From an uncultured delta proteobacterium (GTDB taxonomy: Bacteria; Desulfobacterota; Desulfuromonadia; Geobacterales; Pseudopelobacteraceae): a stretch of 64,000 bases of DNA. The translations under genes and the position numbers were made by a program. The stretch is from NCBI GenBank assembly GCA_963772835.1, contig CAVYYZ010000008.1:128001-192000 (forward strand). Direction: 5' to 3'. Under the pieces are notes generated by a model, which saw nothing but the letters and a program-made list of their open reading frames with translations, was not told the origin of the DNA and did no database searches. Positions 20,841-29,134 of this stretch are shown one piece after another (the first letter of the stretch is position 1; every line of letters begins with the position of its first letter).

Positions 20841-22775
20841 TCAGAGGTGATACTGTTTGACAAAATTCAGTGTTCCGCCGGCCAAAAGCTCATTGCGCTG
20901 CCGGTCGGATATCTCCAGAAGTGTGATGATCTTCATGCCGTTGACAAACACCGGAATTTCGCTGATTCCGCTTTCGATAAGCCGCCGTATGTCGGGAATG
21001 GAGATCTGATCGCCTCTCTTGAATAGGTTCATATCTCCCGGATCTTTGAAAATAAGCGGCACTATGCCGAAATTCACCAGATTAGCCTTGTGAATACGGG
21101 CAAAACTTTTGACGATCTTGGCACGAATTCCCAAATAGCGGGGAGCAATGGCGGCATGTTCACGAGAAGAACCCTGGCCGTAGTTTTCACCGGCGATAAT
21201 TATTCCGTTCCCGGTGGCCCGCGCACGGGCAGGAAATTCCGCGTCCACCTGCTCGAAAACATGCTCGCTGATTGCCGGAATATTACTGCGCAGCGGTAAT
21301 ACGTTGTTGCCGGCCGGCATGATATGGTCAGTTGTAATATTGTCATCCAGCGTGATGACAACACCCATTTCCAGTGAATCAGGCAGCGCCTCAAAATCCG
21401 GGAACGGGACGATATTCGGCCCGCTCTTGAGTTCGACGGCAGAACCGTCTTCGAGCGGAAATATGATTCCGGAATCGTCCAGCAGATACTTTTCAGGATT
21501 CTGCACGCTTGGGTACGGTCTGCTGCCGCCTAAAGTCCGGGGGTCGGTTATAACTCCGTATATACCTGATGCGGCAGCGGTTTCCGGTGAGCAGAGATAC
21601 ACCTTGTCGCCTTTGGTGCCGCTCCGCCCGGGAAAGTTTCGAGGGAAGGTGCGCAGACTCACCTGATCAGTCCCCGGAGCCTGACCCATCCCGATGCAGC
21701 CCAGACAGCCGGATTGGTGAATGCTGACCCCTGCCATCAGGAGCATTAACACGCCTCCGTCCTGGGCAACGTTCTCCAGCGCCTGACGACTGCCGGGATT
21801 TATATGAAAATGCACGCCGGGAGCGACACGATTTCCCTCCATAATCCTGCAGACAGTCATAAGATCCCGGTAGGACGAGTTCACTGAACTTCCCACTATG
21901 ACCTGATCGACCTTCGTTCCCGCCACTTCGCTGACGGCGACCACATTATCCGGTGACGAAGGGCAGGCGATCAATGGTACCAGCGTAGAAAGATCTATTT
22001 CGTCATACGCATCGTAATCTGCACCTTCATCGGCGGCAAGCGGCTGCCAGCAGTCACCCCTACCCTGCGAGACCAGAAATTCGCGTGTCCGCATATCCGA
22101 AGGGAAAATGGATGATGTGGCTCCCAGTTCCGCCCCCATGTTGCCGATGGTGGCGCGATCAGTAACGGAAAGGGTTGCCACACCGGGCCCGTAATATTCG
22201 ATGACTTTGTCTACGCCGCCTTTAACTGAGTGGCGCCGCAGCATCTCCAGGATGACATCCTTGCCCGAAACCCAGTCCGGGAGTTTACCGGTCAGTTTGA
22301 CACCCATGACCTGCGGACAGGGGAGATTAAACGAGTGCCCTGCCATCGCAAGTGCCACATCCAGGCCGCCGGCACCAATTGCCAGCATAGAGAGGCCGGC
22401 TGCAGTCGGAGAATGAGAGTCGGCGCCGAGCAATGTGACCCCCGGCGCCCCGAACCGTTCCAGATGCACCTGATGGGATACGCCGTTGCCCGGTTTGGAA
22501 AGATGAACGCCATACTTCATTGCTGCTGACGTCAGAAAGGCGTGGTCGTCCGCATTTTTATAATCTGTCTGCAGCAGGTTATGATCAATATATTGCGCCG
22601 CCAATCCCACCTTCACCCGGGGGAGTCCCATGGCAATAAATTCAAGCATTGCCATGGTGCCGGTGGCATCCTGCAGCAGAGTATGATCAATTCGTATCGA
22701 AATTTCAGTCCCCGGAATCAGCCTGCCGCTCACAAGGTGTGACTCCAGAATTTTGGTGGTTAGATTCTTATTCAT
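20841..22775 (-). CDS. Aconitate hydratase (~640-aa single-chain type)
   Basis: QDATGTMA, GADSHS, CLGCIGMG, NITTDHI, NYGQGSSREHAA; AAGGAGG RBS. Confidence 0.92.
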   Translation of the reverse strand: MNKNLTTKILESHLVSGRLIPGTEISIRIDHTLLQDATGTMAMLEFIAMGLPRVKVGLAAQYIDHNLLQTDYKNADDHAFLTSAAMKYGVHLSKPGNGVSHQVHLERFGAPGVTLLGADSHSPTAAGLSMLAIGAGGLDVALAMAGHSFNLPCPQVMGVKLTGKLPDWVSGKDVILEMLRRHSVKGGVDKVIEYYGPGVATLSVTDRATIGNMGAELGATSSIFPSDMRTREFLVSQGRGDCWQPLAADEGADYDAYDEIDLSTLVPLIACPSSPDNVVAVSEVAGTKVDQVIVGSSVNSSYRDLMTVCRIMEGNRVAPGVHFHINPGSRQALENVAQDGGVLMLLMAGVSIHQSGCLGCIGMGQAPGTDQVSLRTFPRNFPGRSGTKGDKVYLCSPETAAASGIYGVITDPRTLGGSRPYPSVQNPEKYLLDDSGIIFPLEDGSAVELKSGPNIVPFPDFEALPDSLEMGVVITLDDNITTDHIMPAGNNVLPLRSNIPAISEHVFEQVDAEFPARARATGNGIIIAGENYGQGSSREHAAIAPRYLGIRAKIVKSFARIHKANLVNFGIVPLIFKDPGDMNLFKRGDQISIPDIRRLIESGISEIPVFVNGMKIITLLEISDRQRNELLAGGTLNFVKQYHL

Positions 22776-22974
22776 GTCTGCCACCTCCTTTGTCTTACCT
22801 GAAATTATATACTTATTTCCGGCCGATGAGCATGCGTAATTTATATGCCGGCAGAAAGCCCGAAAGGGCAATCTTCATGCGGTAATCGAACGGGGCAGGG
22901 CAACCCTTGACACAGGAGTGAGCACGTGGCAAGAAAGAGCAGCCATCAGGGAAAGTACGAAGGGGGTATTGCAG

Positions 22975-24468
22975 ATGAAGTACATTCTCGCGCTTGATCA
23001 GGGTACCACGAGTTCCAGGGCTATTATCTTCAGCCATGCCGCCGAAATCAGGTCGGTGGTCCGGAAGGAATTTCGACAGATATATCCCTTTCCTGGCTGG
23101 GTAGAGCAGGATGGGCTCGAAATATGGTCCTCCCAATTGGAGGCGGCGACCGAGGTCATAAAACAGGCCGGCCTGACTGCTGCTGATATTGCCGCAATCG
23201 GAATCACCAATCAGCGGGAAACGACACTGGTCTGGGAGCGGCAGAGCGGCCGGCCGGTTCATAACGCGATAGTCTGGCAGGACCGGCGCACTGCCCCCAC
23301 CTGCGAACGACTTACATCTGACGGAATGGAGGAGCTCTTTCGTGAGAAGACCGGCCTGCTTCTCGATCCGTACTTTTCAGGCACCAAGCTGGCCTGGATT
23401 CTCGATAATGTGCCTGCCGCCCGCGAGAGGGCAGAGAAGGGAGAACTCCTGTTCGGGACGGTTGATTCCTGGCTGCTCTGGAACCTGACCGGCGGCGGTC
23501 GCCATCGGACCGACGTGAGCAATGCATCACGGACTCTCCTGTTCAACATCCATACCGGTGCATGGGATGAGGAACTCCTCGGAATACTCGGGATCCCGGC
23601 CGCCATGCTGCCGGAAGTATCCGCCTCATGTGCGGAGTTCGGCGAAACCGCCTCCGACCTGTTCTCCCGGCCGATCCCGGTGACAGGAATGGCAGGGGAC
23701 CAGCAGGCTGCCCTTTTCGGCCAGGGATGCATGCGCCCCGGCATGGTCAAAAACACCTATGGCACCGGCTGTTTCATGTTAATGCATACCGGAGAAACGC
23801 CCGTCGTTTCCCGTAACCGGCTGCTGACAACCGTGACATGTCAGGTCGGCGACCGGACCAATTACGCGCTTGAGGGGAGTGTGTTCATGGCCGGAGCGGC
23901 GGTCCAGTGGCTCCGCGACGGGCTCGGAATCATCGGTTCATCCGCTGAGGTTGAATCGCTGGCGGCATCGGTCCCGGACTCCGGCGGTGTGTACCTGGTG
24001 CCCGCTTTTACCGGGCTCGGCGCGCCACACTGGGATCCGTACGCACGCGGCACCATTACCGGCATTTCCCGCGGCACCACCGCTGCCCATATCGCCCGGG
24101 CGACGCTGGAAAGCATAGCTTTTCAGACAGTGGACCTTGTGCGGGCAATGGAAGACGATTCCGGAATAATCCTGCCTGAACTGAGGGTCGATGGCGGAGC
24201 TTCGGTCAACAACCTTCTGATGCAGATTCAGGCGGATCTGCTCGGTGTGCCGGTGGTCCGTTCCCGTGTAAGTGAAACGACCGCTCTCGGAGCCGCTTTT
24301 TTGGCGGGGCTGACAATCGGATACTGGAGAGACAGCGGGGAGATCGACACATCACGGCAGCAGGACCGGCTATTTGTTCCGGATATGGAGCGTGGATACA
24401 TCGAGGGTCTGCAGCATGGATGGGAAAGAGCCTTGCAGCGTGCGAAAGGATGGGCCGCCCCGGCGTGA
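22975..24468 (+). CDS. glpK: Glycerol kinase
   Basis: [40 protein letters not shown]. Confidence 0.96.
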   Translation: MKYILALDQGTTSSRAIIFSHAAEIRSVVRKEFRQIYPFPGWVEQDGLEIWSSQLEAATEVIKQAGLTAADIAAIGITNQRETTLVWERQSGRPVHNAIVWQDRRTAPTCERLTSDGMEELFREKTGLLLDPYFSGTKLAWILDNVPAARERAEKGELLFGTVDSWLLWNLTGGGRHRTDVSNASRTLLFNIHTGAWDEELLGILGIPAAMLPEVSASCAEFGETASDLFSRPIPVTGMAGDQQAALFGQGCMRPGMVKNTYGTGCFMLMHTGETPVVSRNRLLTTVTCQVGDRTNYALEGSVFMAGAAVQWLRDGLGIIGSSAEVESLAASVPDSGGVYLVPAFTGLGAPHWDPYARGTITGISRGTTAAHIARATLESIAFQTVDLVRAMEDDSGIILPELRVDGGASVNNLLMQIQADLLGVPVVRSRVSETTALGAAFLAGLTIGYWRDSGEIDTSRQQDRLFVPDMERGYIEGLQHGWERALQRAKGWAAPA

Positions 24469-24570
24469 GGTGTGGGTATTCCCGGGAGCATGATTGACAA
24501 TAGGTAAATTGAATAATTGCAGTAATGCTTCTGCCATCGGCTAAATGCTTGGTGCCAGGTAACGGGAGGC

Positions 24571-24795
24571 TCAGTTCCTTGCCATCCGGTGCTGCAGGCC
24601 GTTTTCAGCACGGTAGCTGCCGTAGCCATTTGGTGAAATAAACCCGGCACGCCTCTGCTTTTTCGTTGACGGTATTATTGCCGTCATGACGGTGCATTCG
24701 GAAATTGCCCGTGCAGCCTTCATGAATATTGATTCAAACTCCACCCACAAGCCAAACGCAACAATTACTGTTCCGCATAGGGTAATCGGTTCCAT
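24571..24795 (-). CDS. Small hypothetical membrane protein
   Basis: 74 aa, N-terminal hydrophobic segment, AGGAG RBS. Confidence 0.6.
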   Translation of the reverse strand: MEPITLCGTVIVAFGLWVEFESIFMKAARAISECTVMTAIIPSTKKQRRAGFISPNGYGSYRAENGLQHRMARN

Positions 24796-24903
24796 ATTTC
24801 ACTCTCCTGTTTTTATTGTTCATAACTGCTTCGATGTGCGGATTAAAACCTGTAGCGGGCGTCAGCAGGCCATTTCACCGGCCTTTGCCAGGTCACCAAT
24901 TTT

Positions 24904-25530
24904 TTACAACCGGCGGTAAATGCCGATCACCTTGCCGACGATGCTCACCTCGCCATCTTCCGGACGGATGATTATTGGCCCCATGTCAGGGTTTGCCGGC
25001 TGAAGACGAATGTGATCCTGCTCCCGGTAAAACCATTTGAGGGTCACCTCACCGTCAATCATGGCAACTACCGTATCTTTATTGTCGGCAGTCGGTTGCG
25101 GTCGAATCAAAGCAAGGTCGCCGTCGAAGATGCCTGCATTGATCATTGACTCTCCGCTGACCCGTAGGAAAAAACAGTCGTTGCCCTTCACGGCCATCGG
25201 ATCAACCGAGAAATATCCCTGAATATCCTCAATAGCCGGGGCGAGGTGACCGGCGCGGACGGTGCCGACGATCGGCAGAGAAAGCGAAGTACTGACAGGT
25301 GTCTTCAGTGTTATTCCGCGGTTGACATGATCCCGCCTGATGTACCCTTTACGTTCCAGCGCGCCGAGATGTTTCATGACCGGAAGTGTTCCCGAAACAT
25401 TCAGGTGGCCTGCAATTTCCCTTTGGCTGGGCGGATAACCGTTGTCACCCATGTATGAGGTGATGAACTCCAACACCTGTTTCTGGCGTAGAGTGAGTTC
25501 GATATTGGTTTGCGGTCCATAGGTAGTCAT
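24904..25530 (-). CDS. lexA: SOS repressor LexA
   Basis: LTLRQKQVLEFI..GYPPSQREIA HTH; VRAG cleavage site; GESM Ser and TLK Lys. Confidence 0.95.
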   Translation of the reverse strand: MTTYGPQTNIELTLRQKQVLEFITSYMGDNGYPPSQREIAGHLNVSGTLPVMKHLGALERKGYIRRDHVNRGITLKTPVSTSLSLPIVGTVRAGHLAPAIEDIQGYFSVDPMAVKGNDCFFLRVSGESMINAGIFDGDLALIRPQPTADNKDTVVAMIDGEVTLKWFYREQDHIRLQPANPDMGPIIIRPEDGEVSIVGKVIGIYRRL

Positions 25531-25539
25531 ACGACTACC
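25522..25539. promoter_or_regulatory. Putative LexA operator overlapping the lexA start codon
   Basis: Palindrome GGTAGTC-ATAC-GACTACC fits the Geobacter-type LexA box GGTT-N2-C-N4-G-N3-ACC with one mismatch; TTGACA at 25566-25561 on the minus strand. Confidence 0.7.
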
Positions 25540-25902
25540 TATACGGAAGTTTTGAGCGCATGTCAATAATAACAATCGGTTTGGGTGATGACTACAGGGC
25601 AGTCACCAGAAACTTAAACAAAGAAGCCGATGCCAGATCAAACAATCGTCACGAATATAGTGAAAAGAGGGTTAAGGGTATTAGGCGGGGTATAGATAAA
25701 GCCAAAGTTGACCTGTTGCGTGAGTATCTTGATGCCACCAAGATTGTGGTCGTGTATACGCTAGGAGGGCAAGAGGATTGATTGGATGGCGTGAAATAAT
25801 TGATAGTAGATGCTATGCAAGATTTATCATCTGCGTCAAAAGCTGCGTCAACGAAAAACGGCTACAAACAGTTAATTCTGTAAGTAGCCGTTTTTATTGT
25901 AA

Positions 25903-25929
25903 TAAGTGGTGCCAGGGACGATATCGAAC
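25903..25929 (-). repeat. Degenerate duplicate of the tRNA-Phe 3' end (att site)
   Basis: TAAGTGGTGCC-AGGGACGATATCGAAC vs TAAGTGGTGCCCAGGGACGGAATCGAAC at 39493-39520 (1 gap, 2 mismatches). Confidence 0.85.
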
Positions 25930-26129
25930 TGATTGTGTAACTATCTGTTTAGTAAGGTTAATGTGTTGAGGTGCTGGGTGCAATACCTCTAAAAATACCT
26001 CAATAATATATTATGACCGTCAATTTGGACGAATTTTGGGTCGTGTCTAGCCATCTCCGAATTATTGAAAAAGCTTGGAATAGATTGATCGTTCCGCAGA
26101 TGCTTTCAATGTTCTCTTCTTATGCCGAT

Positions 26130-27455
26130 TTACCAAATATTGCAACTATAACCGGTTGCATCTGATGCAGCATTTCTTTCCCCCGGTGTTTCCCATGATG
26201 CGAGCCAGCTCAGAGCATCCGTAGTATCAATTATTGTCCGCGCCAGTGCCAATCGTTCCAGAACAACAGCTTTCTGGTCTGCTTCCAGATTGGCAGCCCG
26301 GCGCTCGACGTCGGTAAAGAAATCCTCGATTCGCTTTGCCTTCGCCCATGCCTTGATGATTTCAGCCAGCTCTTCCCGGCTATCCTTGATTGCCTTGATT
26401 CGTCGGCGTTCCGCCGCTTCCCGTGCCTGCGCACGCCGCTCCTCCTCCCGTCGCAGCCTCTCGATCTCTGCCTGGCGCTCTCCTTCTTCAAAACGCTTGA
26501 CGATGTTTACTGCCTCAGCCTCCACCTCCTTCACCAGATCTGCAAGCTTCCGCGGGAAATCGCCTGCTTTTGACTCGCGCCACTGCTGCATCCATGCGAC
26601 TCTGTGATAGGGAGAATAAATCTGCACGCACAATCGTCCGCTCGGCAGGTCATGCATACTCCTCCATGAGTAGGATTCATAGCGTCTCGACTTTTTTACG
26701 GGAAGTTCCGAGACACGGGTGTACTTTCCATCCTGGTACTCCACCTCGACATTCTCGCTCATTTCGTAGATTGTCACGCCAAAGGCAACTGTACCAATAA
26801 AGGCGGCAGTGGGCCGTGCCGGGCTCCAGAGATCTGTAGTGTAATACCGCTCTTTCCGACGCCCCCCCTTTTCGCGTTCATCTATTGCTTGGCGTTGCAT
26901 TCCTTGTCCATACGGCACAAAGATGACGGAATGGCCGCGTTTTTCAAAGGCCAGGTACAACATGTTCGCTACCTCGATTGCGCGATTGAGGGTTTCTTTT
27001 GAAACGATAATATCTGGCAGCAGGTATTTCCTGGGCTTAAGAAAGCCCTCGCGTGATTCTCCAACCCCGGACATCTGTTCCTTAAATTCTTCGAGCAACG
27101 GGTGCTGTTTTGGCAGCCCTCTGCTCCGGCGTTTGGTGACGCTATCGTCTTGAGGCGCCTGAGGAGGAGGCAACTGTGCAATCCTGGCATAACCGCTGCG
27201 CGCCCATTCCAATTCATCTCCAGGACAGGCATCCGGCAAAGGTTGACGCTTGGGGCGTTTTCCGGTCGCATACATGGCCCAGTAGCCTCTTGGGGGACGA
27301 GGAACCTTCAGTCGAGTGCAGATACGAGCCATGAAACTCGATGAGACCTCGTACTTCAGGGCAACGGTGGTCATCGGCTCTGCCCACACTTCTTCATACA
27401 ACTGTTCCCGGCTGACTCTGGTCTCCTTGTTGATGGTAGCTGTATTTTCTCCCAT
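26130..27455 (-). CDS. Hypothetical island protein with N-terminal HTH-like motif and coiled coil
   Basis: 441 aa; SREQLYEEVWAEPM...ARICTRLKVPRPPRGYWA; charged C-terminal coiled coil; GAGG RBS. Confidence 0.75.
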   Translation of the reverse strand: MGENTATINKETRVSREQLYEEVWAEPMTTVALKYEVSSSFMARICTRLKVPRPPRGYWAMYATGKRPKRQPLPDACPGDELEWARSGYARIAQLPPPQAPQDDSVTKRRSRGLPKQHPLLEEFKEQMSGVGESREGFLKPRKYLLPDIIVSKETLNRAIEVANMLYLAFEKRGHSVIFVPYGQGMQRQAIDEREKGGRRKERYYTTDLWSPARPTAAFIGTVAFGVTIYEMSENVEVEYQDGKYTRVSELPVKKSRRYESYSWRSMHDLPSGRLCVQIYSPYHRVAWMQQWRESKAGDFPRKLADLVKEVEAEAVNIVKRFEEGERQAEIERLRREEERRAQAREAAERRRIKAIKDSREELAEIIKAWAKAKRIEDFFTDVERRAANLEADQKAVVLERLALARTIIDTTDALSWLASWETPGERNAASDATGYSCNIW

Positions 27456-27747
27456 TGAAGTGCCTCTCCAATTTGATATTGTGCATCATCAGGTGTTCCG
27501 GACAGAAGTAATATTGCAATGACATATATAGCATGTCAATCAGGCAGCTTACAGCACAGTGCTAATGCTCAGGAAGTTCAGAAATAACGGATTGAGGAAC
27601 TGATTTACCTGCCGGCACAGGTGCAACATTGATCGCATGTGGCGTGCCTTTTATGTGAATATGAACTATTTTAAATATGGCTTGCCTGTTCCAAATACAT
27701 GGTATATATTTTTGAAACCCAACACTTTGGAATGAAAAGCGGTTGCC

Positions 27748-28383
27748 ATGAATCTCACAGCACAACAAAGACTTCTTGATCTATTCGGCAGGCAAAGCGT
27801 GGTACGCTCTCTGGATCTTGAACAGTATGAAATTCCCCGGGTAGAGATCAGCCGCCTGTGCAAGCGGGGTGTGGTTGAGCGCGTCGGGCGCGGGCTCTAT
27901 CGACTGACAGATGCACAGGTAACAGAGCATCAAACTCTGGCCGAGGTTTGCAAAGCAATCCCTAACGGAGTGGTCTGCCTCCTTTCCGCACTTCGCTTTC
28001 ATGATCTGACAACACAATCGCCATTCGAGGTCTGGATGACGATTGACGTCAAAGCCCATCTCCCCAGAACCAGCCTGCCAATAAAATTCGTCAGATTCTC
28101 AGGACCAGCTCTCAGTGATGGTGTAGAAATCCACAGGATTGACGGTGTGGACATAAAAGTTTACTGTCTTGCAAAGACCGTGGCCGATTGCTTCAAATAC
28201 CGTCACAAAATCGGACTGGATGTTGCCCTGGAAGCACTTCGCGAAGGAATTGAAAGCGGCCGTTGCGTAATCGATGACATCTGGCGTTACGCGAAGGTAT
28301 GTAGAGTAAGTAATGTGATGAGACCCTATATGGAAGTAATGGCTATGTCACAATTTCGAGGAACGAATACCGCAACGCCGTAA
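27748..28383 (+). CDS. Type IV TA antitoxin, AbiEi family
   Basis: GVVERVGRGLY wHTH, CLLSALRFHDLTTQSP, KTVADCFKYRHKIGLDVALEAL, VMRPY. Confidence 0.9.
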   Translation: MNLTAQQRLLDLFGRQSVVRSLDLEQYEIPRVEISRLCKRGVVERVGRGLYRLTDAQVTEHQTLAEVCKAIPNGVVCLLSALRFHDLTTQSPFEVWMTIDVKAHLPRTSLPIKFVRFSGPALSDGVEIHRIDGVDIKVYCLAKTVADCFKYRHKIGLDVALEALREGIESGRCVIDDIWRYAKVCRVSNVMRPYMEVMAMSQFRGTNTATP

Positions 28384-28404
28384 GTTACCAATAGCAAAAG
28401 TTGG

Positions 28405-28433
28405 TTGCAAAACGTTCTCAATTGGATTACAAA
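28405..28433 (+). promoter_or_regulatory. Putative sigma70 promoter for a leaderless HTH-nucleotidyltransferase transcript
   Basis: TTGCAA-17 nt-TACAAA ending 7 nt before ATG 28441; GTTCTC/GAGAAC inverted repeat spans it. Confidence 0.4.
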
Positions 28434-28440
28434 CGCACTC

Positions 28441-29067
28441 ATGGAGAGAACAGCGATAAGTAAAGAACAGAGAAAGTCGACAGGTCTTGCTGAAACCCTT
28501 TTCAGCGATTACCGGCGACGCATATTGGCCCTTTTGCTGTTGCGTTCCGACGAGGATTTCCATGTTCGGGAGATATCCCGTCTGACCGGTGTACCGGCCG
28601 GATCGCTGCACCGTGAGCTCAAACTCCTTACTGATGCTGGACTGCTTTCACGGCAGGCTATGGGGAACCAGGTCCGCTACCATGCCGAACGGGACTGCCC
28701 CATTTTTCATGAACTGGCCGGCATCTTCCGCAAAACGAGCGGTCTGGCGGATGTCATCCGTTTAGCCCTGCAGCCGTTGTCCCCGGGCATCACGGCAGCG
28801 TTCATTTTCGGTTCCGTAGCCAAAGGGGAAGAACGGGCGACCAGTGATGTGGATGTCTGTGTCGTCGGGACGACATCCTTCACCGATGTCGTGGTGGCCC
28901 TGGCGAATATGAACCAGAAACTTGGCCGGGAAATCAATCCGGTAGTCATGCCCTGCGAACAGTTCACTGCCAAGCTGGCTGCCGGAGAACAGTTTGCGAC
29001 ACGCATCATGAGCGAACCGAAACTCTTTCTGATAGGTGATGAACATGACCTTGGAAAACCTGCGTAA
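28441..29067 (+). CDS. wHTH + minimal nucleotidyltransferase (MNT/MntA-like antitoxin)
   Basis: FHVREISRLTGVPAGSLHRELKLL HTH; FIFGSVAKGE...SDVDVCVVG Pol-beta NTase motif; LGREINP. Confidence 0.88.
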   Translation: MERTAISKEQRKSTGLAETLFSDYRRRILALLLLRSDEDFHVREISRLTGVPAGSLHRELKLLTDAGLLSRQAMGNQVRYHAERDCPIFHELAGIFRKTSGLADVIRLALQPLSPGITAAFIFGSVAKGEERATSDVDVCVVGTTSFTDVVVALANMNQKLGREINPVVMPCEQFTAKLAAGEQFATRIMSEPKLFLIGDEHDLGKPA

Positions 29068-29134
29068 CCTGGAAAAGATCAGGCAACTAAAAAGCCTCGT
29101 GACCGGCCAGGAAAATACCAAGGATATATTATGA
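29045..29134 (+). pseudogene. N-terminal stub of the probable HEPN-like partner of the MNT gene
   Basis: MTLENLRNLEKIRQLKSLVTGQENTKDIL* starts inside the MNT 3' end, as partner genes usually do, and stops after 29 codons. Confidence 0.5.

Noticed and set aside
22823..22960. c-di-GMP/c-AMP-GMP (GEMM-I) riboswitch
   Set aside because: A GAAA hairpin is present, but the conserved AAACC...GGGACG(C/G)AAAG core is not
26130..27455. Calling the att-proximal ORF an integrase
   Set aside because: No R-H-x-x-R-H-Y tyrosine or serine recombinase motif is recognisable
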